A stretch of 64,000 nucleotides of DNA, taken from Adineta vaga (lineage: Eukaryota > Animalia > Rotifera). Made by a program: the position numbers and the translations under genes. Under the pieces are notes generated by a model. The model was not told the origin of the DNA. It was given only the letters and a program-made list of their open reading frames with translations, and did not search any database. Positions within the stretch are counted from its first letter, which is position 1. The number at the start of each line of letters is the position of its first letter. The stretch covers positions 14,260,001-14,324,000 of the forward strand of contig CP075492.1 of NCBI GenBank assembly GCA_021613535.1, read 5' to 3'. Positions 49,001 to 61,098 of the stretch are shown one piece after another.

Positions 49001-50024
49001 AACATATCGTAATATTGAAAATAAATCAAAAAGAACGGCAACAAAAGAATATATTGTTCGTATGCATAAGATTTATTATCCATATTATGAACAATTAGTT
49101 CGTTATTGTAAACATCTTCGGGATACAAATGAAAAAATCAATCATGAAAAAATTACGGAAATATTCAATGTTTTAAGTGAATTTAATAATCGTCGATATC
49201 GTCTAGGAAGTATTCATCAATTATCTATTCATTTGAAAAAGAATTTTCAAAATAAAGATTTTATTAATCAATTAATTAATTGTATTCTTTATAAATGGGA
49301 TAATTATGATAAAAAATACAAATTAGAATTATCGGAATTTATAAAAAAATCCTTTTTTAATTCGCCATCGATCGAGAATAAAGAAGAAGTCGATATGAAT
49401 TCCATACGAAAGCAATTAGATGATTTTCGATTAAGATTAAATGAAGAAAGACCAAAAATATTATCGATGACTCACGAACAAATTCAACCAATTACAAATT
49501 ATGATGAAATCGAGAAATTACTCATACTGATTGAAACATTAATTTCCAATAGAAATCATTTATCGAACGAAGATTTAAAATCAATTGCAACATGTTTGGA
49601 TGAGATCTATAAAAATGAGAATAAATCATGGCAACCATTTAATCCATTTCCTGAATTTATTAAAGAAAATAAGATTGAAGAATATTTTACTTTGAAGGAA
49701 AATCATAATGAAGACGAAGAAGAAGAAGAAAAGATCGAAGATAATCAAGATATTATTTTATATAAAAGTACATTTAAGGAACATTATCATGGAATTATTG
49801 AACGAATTGTCAATGATTCAGTGAATTTGAAATTGAAGAATCTTTTGGAATATACAACATTGAATTCAATGGAAGAATTTATTATCTTAGCAAAATTTGC
49901 AGGATTTGGACAAACGTATGAAGAAATTGCTGAAACTGTTCGAATCATTGTTCATTCATTGATTATCAATTGCAAAAAAGCAGCGGATGAAGCAGAAACT
50001 ATTGCATTACAACAACTTAATTAA
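46044..50024 (+). CDS. Unknown 1326-aa intronless protein
   Basis: 4-kb uninterrupted ORF in very AT-rich DNA. Pyrimidine-rich TTTAG acceptor 13 nt upstream of the ATG. No domain confidently recognised. Confidence 0.85.
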   Translation: MEKQLKTIKHVYSTVYHGEERCMEEANVLPINNAIVYPKNQILYKKSDETIDFIDISNIDKNIFFDKGSNQDTTYSNVIQKYNLAKSRLTFNPDEYECEMIDSGEKFILNLINEKLPTIIAISEIYPTYFDLGLCSQTSNPICIDYSRRTLDKLIHSGDINITSSTGNSLLHCISGKFNPEMKYVTIISGYTNTPLYRYIERRPIVTILDHEKKIIYVVAVPLDEFTIGQSTICLPIGITCLKDENNSKQKLLIEIFSNTKSCDSYLPNLSDLARDTINQSIDTISSDEPIEELIDQTNTINLSYATDVFHHTECTISSLDKHSVLIYSGLDEIDYFTKKFNPDILIQSMNTHVIYRKQDDKYELHSEYHNLNSNEELNLGQQHFPNLLPMEGGAILFASKTVPKLNSNQMMIDKIHENVFENTLPIFIIGKMDDLCRQVATKFKINAIYIRLVDYPDEDIMIDDIKRNEFFENVCMNGVTAYAGPLSLVLIATMNPKSDHFQYFYVDGIRYENFIDSIPLFGTDITTVIENNLMNYIGNNALKNSIVNLNEENVFYKKEFVSFANFKNHLLTMTLDEITRNKYEILDVISQCQRIFSNEIMTKYSNELVLLLEKKINETICEYKKSLSFNLDFTMINKQKLTNETSRIKGLIRKLKQNTQELVDKIGLAISKRKQSSIRFNLTQLKKKETIKQNVQRALNMSNDDFTELLEKLCEQSGVLWLNLDSNYLLLMLKAVQENEIQKYLIEPILPLINCRNGDFNIDSFTISILLEQTASERLDPIRPQQTNDIVTSLPVSATADGLRTSSWFFPLIDQYKSLQTPYDIHWINEANNTDIAACRIISRSTISSASILRDLQLNIEPQNKNITWFLIYITLGTIDELIKQRKTINISENDFNDTFSINIRCLFCNLLTYTASGNVPASFVWQLFTRNIRPDLPKENFEWGIYVRMIEYVEYTGWNLDQLKVNIRALLCRVLNKIVLKATETYRNIENKSKRTATKEYIVRMHKIYYPYYEQLVRYCKHLRDTNEKINHEKITEIFNVLSEFNNRRYRLGSIHQLSIHLKKNFQNKDFINQLINCILYKWDNYDKKYKLELSEFIKKSFFNSPSIENKEEVDMNSIRKQLDDFRLRLNEERPKILSMTHEQIQPITNYDEIEKLLILIETLISNRNHLSNEDLKSIATCLDEIYKNENKSWQPFNPFPEFIKENKIEEYFTLKENHNEDEEEEEKIEDNQDIILYKSTFKEHYHGIIERIVNDSVNLKLKNLLEYTTLNSMEEFIILAKFAGFGQTYEEIAETVRIIVHSLIINCKKAADEAETIALQQLN

Positions 50025-50355
50025 TTTGAACTTTATCTTTTCAATTGCATTGTGTTCTAAGTTTTAGTTTTATTCAAAAATATATATTTAATCGACTTTT
50101 TATCATGAGGGTAGGTGTGGGTATGTTCTTCTTATTCTCATCCACACTTTCATGATAAAATATTACTTCATATGCACATCTATATTCTCAAATGTCATGA
50201 TGATGTTTCAAATATTAAAAGTAGAGCTATATGAGGATCATGAAGAATGATAAAGCAACAAATGAAATGACACAGCATATATATATATATGATAACAGAT
50301 ACAAATAATACTGAGTGTATATAACCTTGATTTTTTTTGTGTGTGTTGTAGAATA

Positions 50356-51270
50356 ATGATGAAAGTCACAATATTCTATGTGTTTATTTTGTCAATGACA
50401 ATAGTGATAACTTCAGTGTCAGGGTTAATATGTTCTAATTGTTCATTACGTACTTTTGATTATTATATAACACCCGAGAAAATTCCCGATTTTTCATATT
50501 GTACAACAGCTGAAACCAAGCAAAAGTTTTGTTCACTCAATTTTTATTCCGATGATAATCGTAAAACAAGTAAATTGCGAGCATATCCAAATGATGGCAT
50601 TGAACATACAAATGTCTCATATATATTAGCTGGATTTGATATACCGAAAGATTTTAATGGTAATTTCGGTATGGGTCTTCTATATCAATGTTTGACAGAT
50701 AATTGTAATAATCCACAAACAATATTAAAACGAATATTACAAGCAACAACAATTGAAACATACAAACCTTTTCAATTATTCTCTAAAATAAATTCATTTT
50801 CATCAACTGATCCTCTGACATGTTTTACATATAATAATTTTACTAGTAGTGATGAATGTCGTCCATCATTTCGTCAACATCAATCAATAAATATGAATGA
50901 AGTTTGTTCAACATACTGTGTAACATCAATTCAAATTGATTCAACTGATTTGAAGACTGAAAGATTATGTGCATATTGCGAACAACAAACAAAAGAACGA
51001 TTTACATACATTGATGAAAGAGTTTTCTTATTGAACGAACGAATTAGTCGTCTACAACAGTTGGAATATATTTGTAATTCAAGTACAAATTGTAATTCAT
51101 TAGAAAATATACGACAAATTCAACAACAATATAAAATCGAATTTGATTTTGATAAATTTAATGGTAAAAATGCCGCAACAATAATCCACTTGTCAGCTGT
51201 TAGCTTACAATATGTTGGATATCTTCTATTTCTTTCCGTATCCTTTTTAAAAAAACAATGGATTATTTAA
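50356..51270 (+). CDS. Secreted, probably GPI/TM-anchored Cys-rich protein with two Ly6/uPAR-like domains
   Basis: Signal peptide; LICSNC..CLTDNCNN and second unit LTC..CNSSTNCNS; hydrophobic C-terminus. Confidence 0.65.
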   Translation: MMKVTIFYVFILSMTIVITSVSGLICSNCSLRTFDYYITPEKIPDFSYCTTAETKQKFCSLNFYSDDNRKTSKLRAYPNDGIEHTNVSYILAGFDIPKDFNGNFGMGLLYQCLTDNCNNPQTILKRILQATTIETYKPFQLFSKINSFSSTDPLTCFTYNNFTSSDECRPSFRQHQSINMNEVCSTYCVTSIQIDSTDLKTERLCAYCEQQTKERFTYIDERVFLLNERISRLQQLEYICNSSTNCNSLENIRQIQQQYKIEFDFDKFNGKNAATIIHLSAVSLQYVGYLLFLSVSFLKKQWII

Positions 51271-52371
51271 TTTACAATATCTTTTTGTTATCAATTCTTC
51301 CATAGAAATACAGAAACAAAATTGTGAATGATCGTATGAGGGTGTTATTAGCGTATATTTTTTCCATCCTTCGTTTGAAAGCAGCGAGACATATATTACT
51401 ACCGTTGTTGTTTTCAGTAGCGCATAGACGACTACGTGTAGTTTAAATAATATTGATAATCTACGATACATATAGCAGATGGATCGATGGCAAGTTGTAT
51501 ATTACAAAGCTTTATGAATATGCATGCTAGCTACCACTAATCCAACGAGCAAATTCAAACGAAGAGCTAATGTTGATTTCTTCATACTATCGAATGTAAG
51601 AGATTGTCTTGCACATCTATAGATTCAAACACGTATGGTTGATAAGTGTACCTGTATGGTGTAAAGAATGATATGAATAAATTTAAGAAGAAGAAGAAGA
51701 CATACTAGGGAATATTGGCGAACAATGGCGACGAGAAGAAAGTAATCATCCACACGCTCAAAGTTTTACGACAAATTTGATGATATTGAAAAAGTAAAGG
51801 TATAGAATCATCTAAATAACAATTAAATGCTAAATGTTTTTCTTTGTAAACAAAATTCATTATTATTCATCGTTGCAAAACCTACTCGTTTGACTGATCC
51901 ATGTTGAGCTATACATGTGCATAGTAATTACGCTCATTCAATTCTACAGTTATATTGATATTTTCTTTCTCATCTTGTCATCATAGATTATAATAAAAGA
52001 CTAAATTGTAGTTCAATCGTTCTATCATAATAATAGTTCCGTTCAAGTTGTAAACCAAGTGATACTTTTTGTTCTCAAAGAATTAAATCATAACTCAGAA
52101 TAGTAAAGTCTAAGTATTGAATAGCAGATACTAAAACATTCATGAGAATAAGAAGAGCACCCTCACCGACTTTTTATTCATCCTATACTTATGGTCTGTG
52201 AGATTTAAAATGGTCAGCACATTTGACAATGCTCCTATAGATGATGGATGACTCGCCTTCGATATAATGCGATGTCAAAAGAGTTCATCTCAATTCAGTC
52301 AGATAGACGATTTTTTTTTGTCGAATTATATTATTATTTGAAACTCGATAAATCATGCATAATGAATTATA

Positions 52372-52883
52372 TCAATAAAAATACTGAATAAAGCCAAGAG
52401 CAAAAATAAAAATAATAAGAACAGAGAAGACAGTTGATTTTGAACGTATTGCATTATTACAGAAGTCTTTATCACAGCAACAGGCGATGGTCTTAAATCC
52501 AGTTCCAGTTGTTGTTGTGCATCCTTTTGAAGCACATGGAAAACTACCGAGTCGCGTTATTGTTGTCTTTCCATTTTCAATACGTTTACTTTTCTAGAAA
52601 GAAACAACATAATCGGATATATAATAATGTCTATAATAAAAGTAATTATTTACAAAACACCATCCGTTTGTACTTGTTGCCGGAGAAACACCGAAAGCCT
52701 TCGAATTGAACGGATCATCACAACCAACGGTAATACATTGATGACATTTTTTTGCAGCACAATCGATGTGATGAATGTCTAGAATTTGAATTAGAATAAC
52801 ATTGAAAGAAATGAATACGATAATTTACTAATTAAAACGATGATGAATATCAATAGAAATTTAGTGGTAAATAACTGCGTCAT
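52372..52883 (-). CDS. Small Ly6/uPAR (three-finger, Quiver-like) protein, 3 exons
   Basis: Spliced product MTQLFTTKFLLIFIIVLI..KKCHQCITVGCDDPF..WCF|..CASKGC..CCCDKDFCNNA with a hydrophobic tail. Confidence 0.75.
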
Positions 52884-53521
52884 TTGTCTTCTTTATGTAA
52901 TATCTCAATATTAAACTAAGAATATGTGTTTTTTTCAACACCTTTTCTTATATTTTCTTATCTTAGTTTTGTTTGCTTTGTCTTATCGTATGATGACAAA
53001 AATCACCGACATTGATTCAAGTATAGTTTCTCTTTCATTTCTACGTTTGCACTCAAAATAGAAAAGAGTTAATCTGCATTACACCTATTCTCCACACCTA
53101 CTCATATCCTCAAGATTTTCATTAAAAGATCCCTTATTAATATATGTTTGCTTATTCACGAAAATGTTTTGTAGTATGAAAAACACTGATCTACATGTAT
53201 CTTTTTTCCATCTATTAGTATAATATACGTATGTGTTAAGTGAGAACAACATCTTACAACTATTTACTGTATCATAAAAAAACAAAGTTATCTTTTCTAT
53301 TCATTTTTAGTAACTACTACAATCGATTGAATGTGCACACATGTAATTCGTATCAGTTAGTGTTTAATTTTAATTTGCATTTATGCTTTTATTGAACTTG
53401 ACTATCTACCAGGTAAACAATGAAAGATCCGAAAAGATTTGCATGCTTCATCATAAGAAATCGCCTATTATATTAAATTTTCACTTATCAATCTGATCTT
53501 GAGAGTAAGAATACGAAGAAC

Positions 53522-53887
53522 ATGCTCACCTTCATTCACATCCACACCCTTATTAGCGTGGATGAATATCAAACAACTATTGCAAACATTAATCATGCAG
53601 TTAGATCACCTGGTTACTATATCAGTGTTTCTATATATTGTATACTTTTATATGGCATTTTTATTTTAATCTTAGTAATTGTTATTCTGATTTTTGCATC
53701 AGTCCTTAATCAGAGAGATCGACTCATGAAAATCATTGAAGAAGAATCAGGAAAATATGCGACACGAATACGATTAAGTTATAATTTATATTCTTCTTTT
53801 ATCTTATTATATAGATAATCATTGATATTCACCGTAATAATGCTTCTGACATCACATTAAGCTTTGAAAATCAAGATAATATTTGAT
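53522..53887 (+). CDS. Short single-TM protein or gene remnant
   Basis: Hydrophobic stretch followed by RLMKIIEEESGKYATR. Exon structure unclear. Confidence 0.3.
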
Positions 53888-54134
53888 GGATTATTTTTTC
53901 TATTAGTTATTATTGTAAATATTCATTTTATTAACTGAATAACCTCAATGTTCTTTTAACATACGTTGTACTTACCATACGTTGATAAAAATACAGAAAT
54001 ATCTTGTTATTTACAATGTTTGATGCTCTTTCACTTTGTTTTGACCTATAGAGATGAAAACAATCAATTTTCCTTATCAATTTGATCAGTCATGATACAC
54101 AAAGGTGAAAAAAAGGAGCATTTGAAACAAAAAC

Positions 54135-57100
54135 ATGAAATCATTGTATCTTATCAATATTTTATTAGTTTTTTTCGTTGATTCGACACCAAGTGAGTAT
54201 CGTATTAACGATGGACGTCTTCTAGTCACAATTACTTATGCTCAACGAAATATAAATATTTATACATCAGCAAGTAATCCGAGTCGTGATCCGAAAGCTT
54301 GGATCTTTTGGCATGATCCATTGATTGTGTTTGATTCATCAAAAGACATATATCAATATGATAAACAAATACATTTTCGATTTCGATGTATATCATCAGA
54401 ATTTGATCAATTAGTTCGACAAACAATTATTACGAAAATGCATCCTGATGTAGAACGATTTGCACTCTTTTGGATTATCGAATCCTTATCTGTTAATACA
54501 TTAATTGTATATATTATGCAACAAACGTTTCTTCCTCTATCAGCTGTGTATCCTTGTTTAAAATTCAACATATCTGGTATATCTTCGATTGAATGTCAAT
54601 TTCAAAGTTCGTCAATAGTCATTGCAAATTCCATTGTACAGAAGATTTTATGTGGAAAATTAAAATTTCAATTTGAATATTATATTCAATCAACAATAAA
54701 TCCGATTACAATTCCAGATCGATTGGTAACAAATCGTAAGTTAGACAGTTTAAGATTAAATTTAGGACATGGAAAATATATTCATCAACGGCAAGGAAAT
54801 CAATTGATTGAGAAATATTTCAAATATGTTCAGTCGATTGATAAAACAATCGAAAAAGTTCATTTAGAAAAACTTTTCCTATTGGCAATTAATCAAACGA
54901 AATATGTTCAATTGGATCAATTGAATCAAATATGGTTAGCAGAAGATATTGAATCAATTATCAATCACGATCTATTCTATATAAGTTTTCAAACACAAAA
55001 TCATGTATTATTTCATTTAAAAAATACCAATTCTTCCTGGGCATTACTTTCCAATAGTAAACAAACATTTCATACGAATGAAATACAAACGATGCTTTTC
55101 GATCAAAATCAAATCAAAGCTGAATGGTCAACGAAAGAAAAACGTTGGAAAATGCAATCATTAACAACACATCTTTTATCTGATGTTTTAGATCGTCTTC
55201 AATTGATTTTAATCAATAAACAATATGATATTGATAAATTGTATGCTACAATGCATCGAGCAATTGATTGTAGTAATTGGTCAACAATGTGTGCATGTCA
55301 GTCAACATTACCAGCATTAGTTTTAACTTCTAATCATCAATTTATTCGTATACGAAATATCAATATGAATTTTTTATCAAATGGTTTTACAATAGAATTA
55401 TCCATAAGACCTAATGTTATACAAAATCAAGAAAAATCAGTTCAAATACTTAATTTTCGTCGTCAATTCTCATTAGTCTATCAGTCAACCGGTGAAGTTA
55501 GCTTTTCAATTGATAATTCAACAGGAACACATCAATATATAACGGCATTATTTGTTCTACCATTATATCATTGGATAGATATATCATGTGTTTATTTATC
55601 TGAAGAAAATCAATTGGAATTGTATATCAATGGAGAATACATATCAAATGTTCAGTTATCTAGTAAACTTCATCCATTGACGAATGATATAATTATTGGC
55701 CAAGGATTTCTAGGTGCTGTAAGAAATTTACGCCTTTGGAGATGTGAATTCAGTTATGATAAGGTACGTCATCTTACACAAATAAATAGTTTATTTGGCA
55801 ATGAAACATGTTTAATTGGTTTGTGGCCAATAGCAAATGGTGTTGGTCAAATTGTGTCCGATCTTATAGTTAATAATATTTCTCGATCAGGAACCTTAGG
55901 TCACGATAATAATCCAAATTTATTGACGAATCCTATCTGGGCGTATGTATTACCAGAGACTTTACCACTACCTCCATCGCACATATCAACTTATCAAACA
56001 TTTCGTAAAAATAGTGTTCAACCTATAGTAGTTCAATGGGGTTCACTATTTGACATACCGGTATCGAATTTGAACTTAATTTTTCTTGTTATGCGAAACA
56101 AAAATTTGTCTATTTAGGTTTCTGCTGACTATGATGGCGATGGCTTTGCAGACTTTGCTGTTTATCGGCCAACAACAATGACTTGGATGATTTCATCGAG
56201 TAATGATCCAAATATACTTATAACCAAATATTGGGGCTTATCTGGTGATATTCCAGTTCAATGTAATTTTGATGGAGATAAATTCTTTGACTATACAGTT
56301 TTTCGGCCATCCACTTCACAATGGATTTCTCATCTGAGTAGTAATCCATATTTTCAATATATTCATAAGTGGTGTGTAGATATTTCATATACAAATGATT
56401 TCATAACATATTTCTTTTCTTCAAGGGGTAAATCAAATGATATTCCATGTCCAGGTGATTTTGATGGCGATGGTAAAACAGATTTCGTTGTTTATCGTAA
56501 AGGTACTTTCTATATAAATCCATCTTATAATCCAACTGTACAATGGACAAAACAATGGTAGAAATATTCATTTTCTTTTGTTTTGATCAAACATTGATTA
56601 TGTGTAGGGGCCAACCGGGCGACATTCCTGTTCCAAATTGTGATTTTGATGCTGATGGCAAGACAGATTTTACTGTGTGGACACCTACTAGTGGTATTTG
56701 GTCATGGATACCAAGTAAAAGTTGTCATCTAGTCTATCAACACTCATGGGGCTCTCCTTCTTATGATACACCATTTTGTGCAGATTTTGATGGAGATAAA
56801 CGAAGTGATTTTGGTTTATATAGACGTGGTACAGGTGAATGGTTTGTTATACCTTATAGAGTTTCATCACTTCTGATCACATATCAATGGGGTCGTCCGG
56901 GCGATATACCAGTTGCAGGAGATTATGATGGCGACGGTAAAGGTAAGTGAAATGAAAAGATTTCTTCTTCTTCTGAATGTTTAGAATACTATTGATAGGT
57001 GAATTTGCTCTTTGGAGACCAAGAAAGAAGAAAACATTTATGTGGGAAGTCATACCAAGTTTTATGCCAAACGTTATACTACGTAAAGCGTGGGGAATTG

Positions 57101-58061
57101 AAGGCGACGATGTTGCTGGTCAGTCAATACTAGAATATAATGAGGAATTATCTTTTATTCTTTCTACTGTAGATGGAGATTTTGACGGTGACAGACGTTG
57201 TAAGTGTCATTTTTCTTCGTTGACTATTACTTTAATGACAGTTTGTTCAAAGCTGATTTGGCAGTTTTCAGAAGAAGTACTGGATTCTGGTAACTTGACT
57301 AGATGAAACTCAAAAAAGAAAACATAGATTATCTTACAGGCATACATTATTGGTTGGGAGAGCTGGTATACAACAGACTAAACATTGGGGATTTACAGTC
57401 AATGATACTTCTGGTATGTAATATAAATGTTAGATTGTATTATTTCTCTTGTTTCATCCAGTGGCTGCTGACTGGGATGGAGATTCACTCAATGATTTTA
57501 CAATTTATCGACAAGCAACTGGATACTGGTACATAATGCTATCAAGAAATCCTATTCTTCAGATTTTTATGCAATGGGGTTCCCCTGCATATCAAGATAT
57601 TCCAGCGTAGGAACGCACATCTTTGATTTTGTCTGTGTTATTTTTGCTCTATCTGTTCGTCTTTTATTCATAGGCCTGGTGATTTCGATGGCGATGGAAA
57701 ATTTGACTATACTGTTTGGCGTCCATCAACCGGTATGTGGTTTATTCTACCATCAACAAATCCATCACATATTGTTATGTCACAATGGGGTCTACCTGGT
57801 GATTTACCAGCACCAGGAACTGATTTTGATGGTGATGGTAAAACGGATATTGCTGTATGGCGTCCATCAACTGGATCTTGGTATGTTTTACCGTCGTCAA
57901 ATCCAGTTTATCCTTTTCATAATTCACTTAATATTACGCTACCTCTTCAACAATTGCCAGTGAACGCAAATAAAACAAAGCTTGTATCAATGTCTTCAAG
58001 TACTATTCCAGCAGTCGTATCTTCCATTCCTGGTACAACTAGAGCATCATTACAAGGCTAA
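54135..58061 (+). CDS. Secreted protein: unknown N-domain + LamG/ConA-like domain + ~9 FG-GAP/VCBS repeats; ~10 exons
   Basis: Signal peptide. LamG3-like GFTIELSIRP..WIDISCVY..LELYINGE..GFLGAVRNLRLW. Repeated WG..GDIPV..DFDGDGKTDF.V.RPSTG.W units split by short introns. Confidence 0.8.
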
Positions 58062-58414
58062 CAATGACAATTAATAGTCATTTTATTATTTTTATGTTAT
58101 AATTTATGAATTCAATTGGAATACATGCTAGTTACTCTTTCTTTTCTTTTTGTGCACTCCAAGGACATATCTGTCGATTGATATTTTCCTTTCTTCCTCT
58201 TTCCTCTAATATTTACAGACAGAAAAGAAAGAAAAACGTATGAATACAACAACTTCTCGATGTTATTTTCTCTCTTTCTCTTCGTGTTTTCTCAGAGAAA
58301 AAGAAAAAACGCTATTTCTTGCTGCGTAAAAGAAGGGAAAAGAATACGACACACACATACACACACATCTATTTTTACGTTGGAATATTTTTACAAACAA
58401 TCTCACAACTGAAA

Positions 58415-58726
58415 ATGCTTCGTACATATACGAATTTATTATTAAGAAAACAACCGTTGAAATTATTTTTTGTCACTCGATTGACAAGTACAGATCCGTC
58501 TGCTGGTTCTATCAATGCTGCTCATGATAAGTTTGCCGAACGTGAACAAGCATTTGAAAATGCATATTTTCGTAAATTAAATGATGAACTTTTAATACAA
58601 TTACGTGAACGTCATGGTGATTTAGAAAAACAATCTGGTAATATTGAACAAGAACGTAAACGAATCGAAGAACAAATTAAAAAATTAGAAAAGAAACGTG
58701 ATGAATTAGCAAAAAAATCAAAATAA
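58415..58726 (+). CDS. ATP5IF1: Mitochondrial ATPase inhibitor IF1
   Basis: Basic presequence, GSINAAHDKFAEREQAFENAYFR (IF1 core), C-terminal coiled coil. Confidence 0.8.
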   Translation: MLRTYTNLLLRKQPLKLFFVTRLTSTDPSAGSINAAHDKFAEREQAFENAYFRKLNDELLIQLRERHGDLEKQSGNIEQERKRIEEQIKKLEKKRDELAKKSK

Positions 58727-59049
58727 TAAACTATTTGCAATAGTTTTCCTTTCTATCACTGTAAATCTCCTTCATTTCTAATTAGTAATTGAAATAAAAC
58801 AATCCTTTTATTAAGTTCTTAATCGACACTTTCTCATTCATACTTTCACCATAACGTTTTTCCGCGCATTATTTATTCAACCTCAAAAAGTTATAAAAAA
58901 AAAGCCTTTTTTTCTTCTAAATATGTCTTCGACAATGACTATACAAGGAAAAGAATCACATGCTCACTCATATTGTTTTCTTTTTGCACTAGAACTTGCA
59001 AAAAACAATTTTACAAGTTATTTTACTCTTTAGAATTGATCGATTTAAA

Positions 59050-60593
59050 ATGCAAATTATTCTTTATCGAAGAAAATATCTGAAATTATGTGTGATACTT
59101 ATATGTACCCAGGTCGAAAAATCCGAGCCGGATCCGGTCGGAACCAGAACATTCCGATCATTTCATGGAAGCAGGATTCCGACCCGGATATTTTCGGACT
59201 TTTCCACTCGCTTCTGACTAACTTCCAGTAAGTTCCAGTCGGAAAACGACTGGAATTCACCAGAACAGTCCCAGAAATTCCGATCGGAATACTGCTTCCA
59301 CTCTCCTTTGTTTTCCGGTTGGAACCTTTTGGAACTAGCTGGAACCGTCCGGAATATCCTCGGAAAGGCGTGATTTCTGGCAGGTTCCTTTCGGATCCGG
59401 AGGCCGGAACGTCCGTCCTGGGTATTCTGTTATTGATAATATACTTAGTTGGATTCTTTATGCACAAAGGTTATATTTTATACATGGAGTTTGAAAAAAC
59501 GACACAATTCTTAATAAAGAAAGATTGTAAACCAAAACAAAATATCTTATTTTTAAAGACACACAAAACAGGTTCTTCAACTATTCAAAATATCTTCTTA
59601 CGTTATGGAGATAAACATGATCTTACCTTCGCATTACCATACAAGTCGAATTATTTCGGACATCCTCAAGTTTTTCATCGGCGAATGTTACGTCCACACT
59701 CATATTTTTGGAGTCGAATGGAATCATTGATTTCTCCATCATACAATATTTTTACACATCATGCAAGATTTAATTATGAAGAAATGTCGTCTGTTATGCC
59801 TAATGACACTATATTTGTTACTATTCTTCGTCAACCGGTTTGTTCACTTCAATCACTTCTTTCCTATATTCATTTAGAGAAATTCTATAATGAAACATCG
59901 TTAGCTCGTTCAATGGAAAGATACTTCTCTAATTCATCATCGAATTCGGTTTATCATGTATTATCAGAAAAACGATTTTCAAACAGATATGGACGAAATC
60001 AAATGTCTTTTGATTTAGGTCTAGATCCAGAAGATTTTGATGATTCCGAAATCATCAAGCAGTTTATAAGAGAAATTGATTCACAATTTCATTTAGTAAT
60101 GATTACAGAACGTATGCAAGAATCATTAATACTTTTACAAGATCTATTATGTTGGTCTCAAGAGGATATGATCGTTTTTGAACATAATGTTCGGAACGTA
60201 GATTTATCGTGTAATTTAACAGGAGATATGGCATCAACAATACGTCATCACAATGCTGCAGATCAAATATTATATGATTTCTTTCGAACAAAATTTGACC
60301 GACAAGTGATTGAGTTTGGTGTAAGAAGAATGAATAATGAAATTCGTCGATTACAAAGTGTAACTCAATTAATGTACAAAGACTGTGTTAAAGGAAAACT
60401 TCCAATTAAAGAGATAATTTCGTCGAAAAAAATTTGGTACAATGACTTAGTAACAGGTTTTGAAAAGAATGCCAATGTTAGCAAAACATGCATAGATTTA
60501 ACTATGTACGGACTGTCCTATACGGATTACATAAGAAACAAACAGAGATATAAGATACAGAATACATTTATGTTAAAGAAAACATCTTATTAA
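59050..60593 (+). pseudogene. Galactose-3-O-sulfotransferase (GAL3ST family), signal-anchor interrupted by a MITE
   Basis: 5'-PSB FLKTHKTGSSTIQNIFLRYG, 3'-PB TILRQP, RNQMSFDLG, ESLILL. Removing 59108-59424 restores MQIILYRRKYLKLCVILICILLLIIYLVGFF in frame. Confidence 0.85.
59108..59422. mobile_element. 315-bp non-autonomous DNA transposon (MITE), CCCAGG..CCTGGG termini, TA duplication
   Basis: TA at 59106-7 and 59423-4. Imperfect ~40-bp TIRs sharing CCCAGG, CCGGATCCG and GGAACC. GC-rich against the background, with many internal TTCCG/CGGAA motifs. Confidence 0.88.
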
Positions 60594-61098
60594 CATCCAA
60601 TGAGATGTTGAATGGTGCATCCCATCAATATTTATTGTTTTCTATTCTAAATTAGCAATTACTTTGAAAGGTATGGGAGTGCATTTTTCTGAGATGATCT
60701 AGTATATTTCAATGATGATGAGAAGAGAGAGAGAGATGCAACATTTGTTCTAATGATAATTTAATGGAAAGTGATGACATTTAATTATATATTATCTGGA
60801 AGAGTTAGAATGTATTGTGTTGAAAATTGAACTAAATAAACTTAGTGACAAATGGAAAAAAAATTCATAAGTTGATTTCTATAGTAGAAAGGAGAGATAA
60901 ACTTTTTCTTTTTTCATGATAAAAATCGGGAAATTGAACTGCCATCTCAATTTAGACAACGTTCTTTATATGGAAACACTCGATTTTGTTTTCAAAATAA
61001 GTGAAAAATAGGTCAATCGAAAGTGTTCATAAAATGGATTGCTATCATTCGAGGTGACAGTTATATATTTATTCTAAAGCAACCTTATAACTACGTTC

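Noticed and set aside
59319-59424. N-terminus MEPFGTSW.. of the 424-aa ORF
   Set aside because: Derived from MITE sequence; the true start is 59050.
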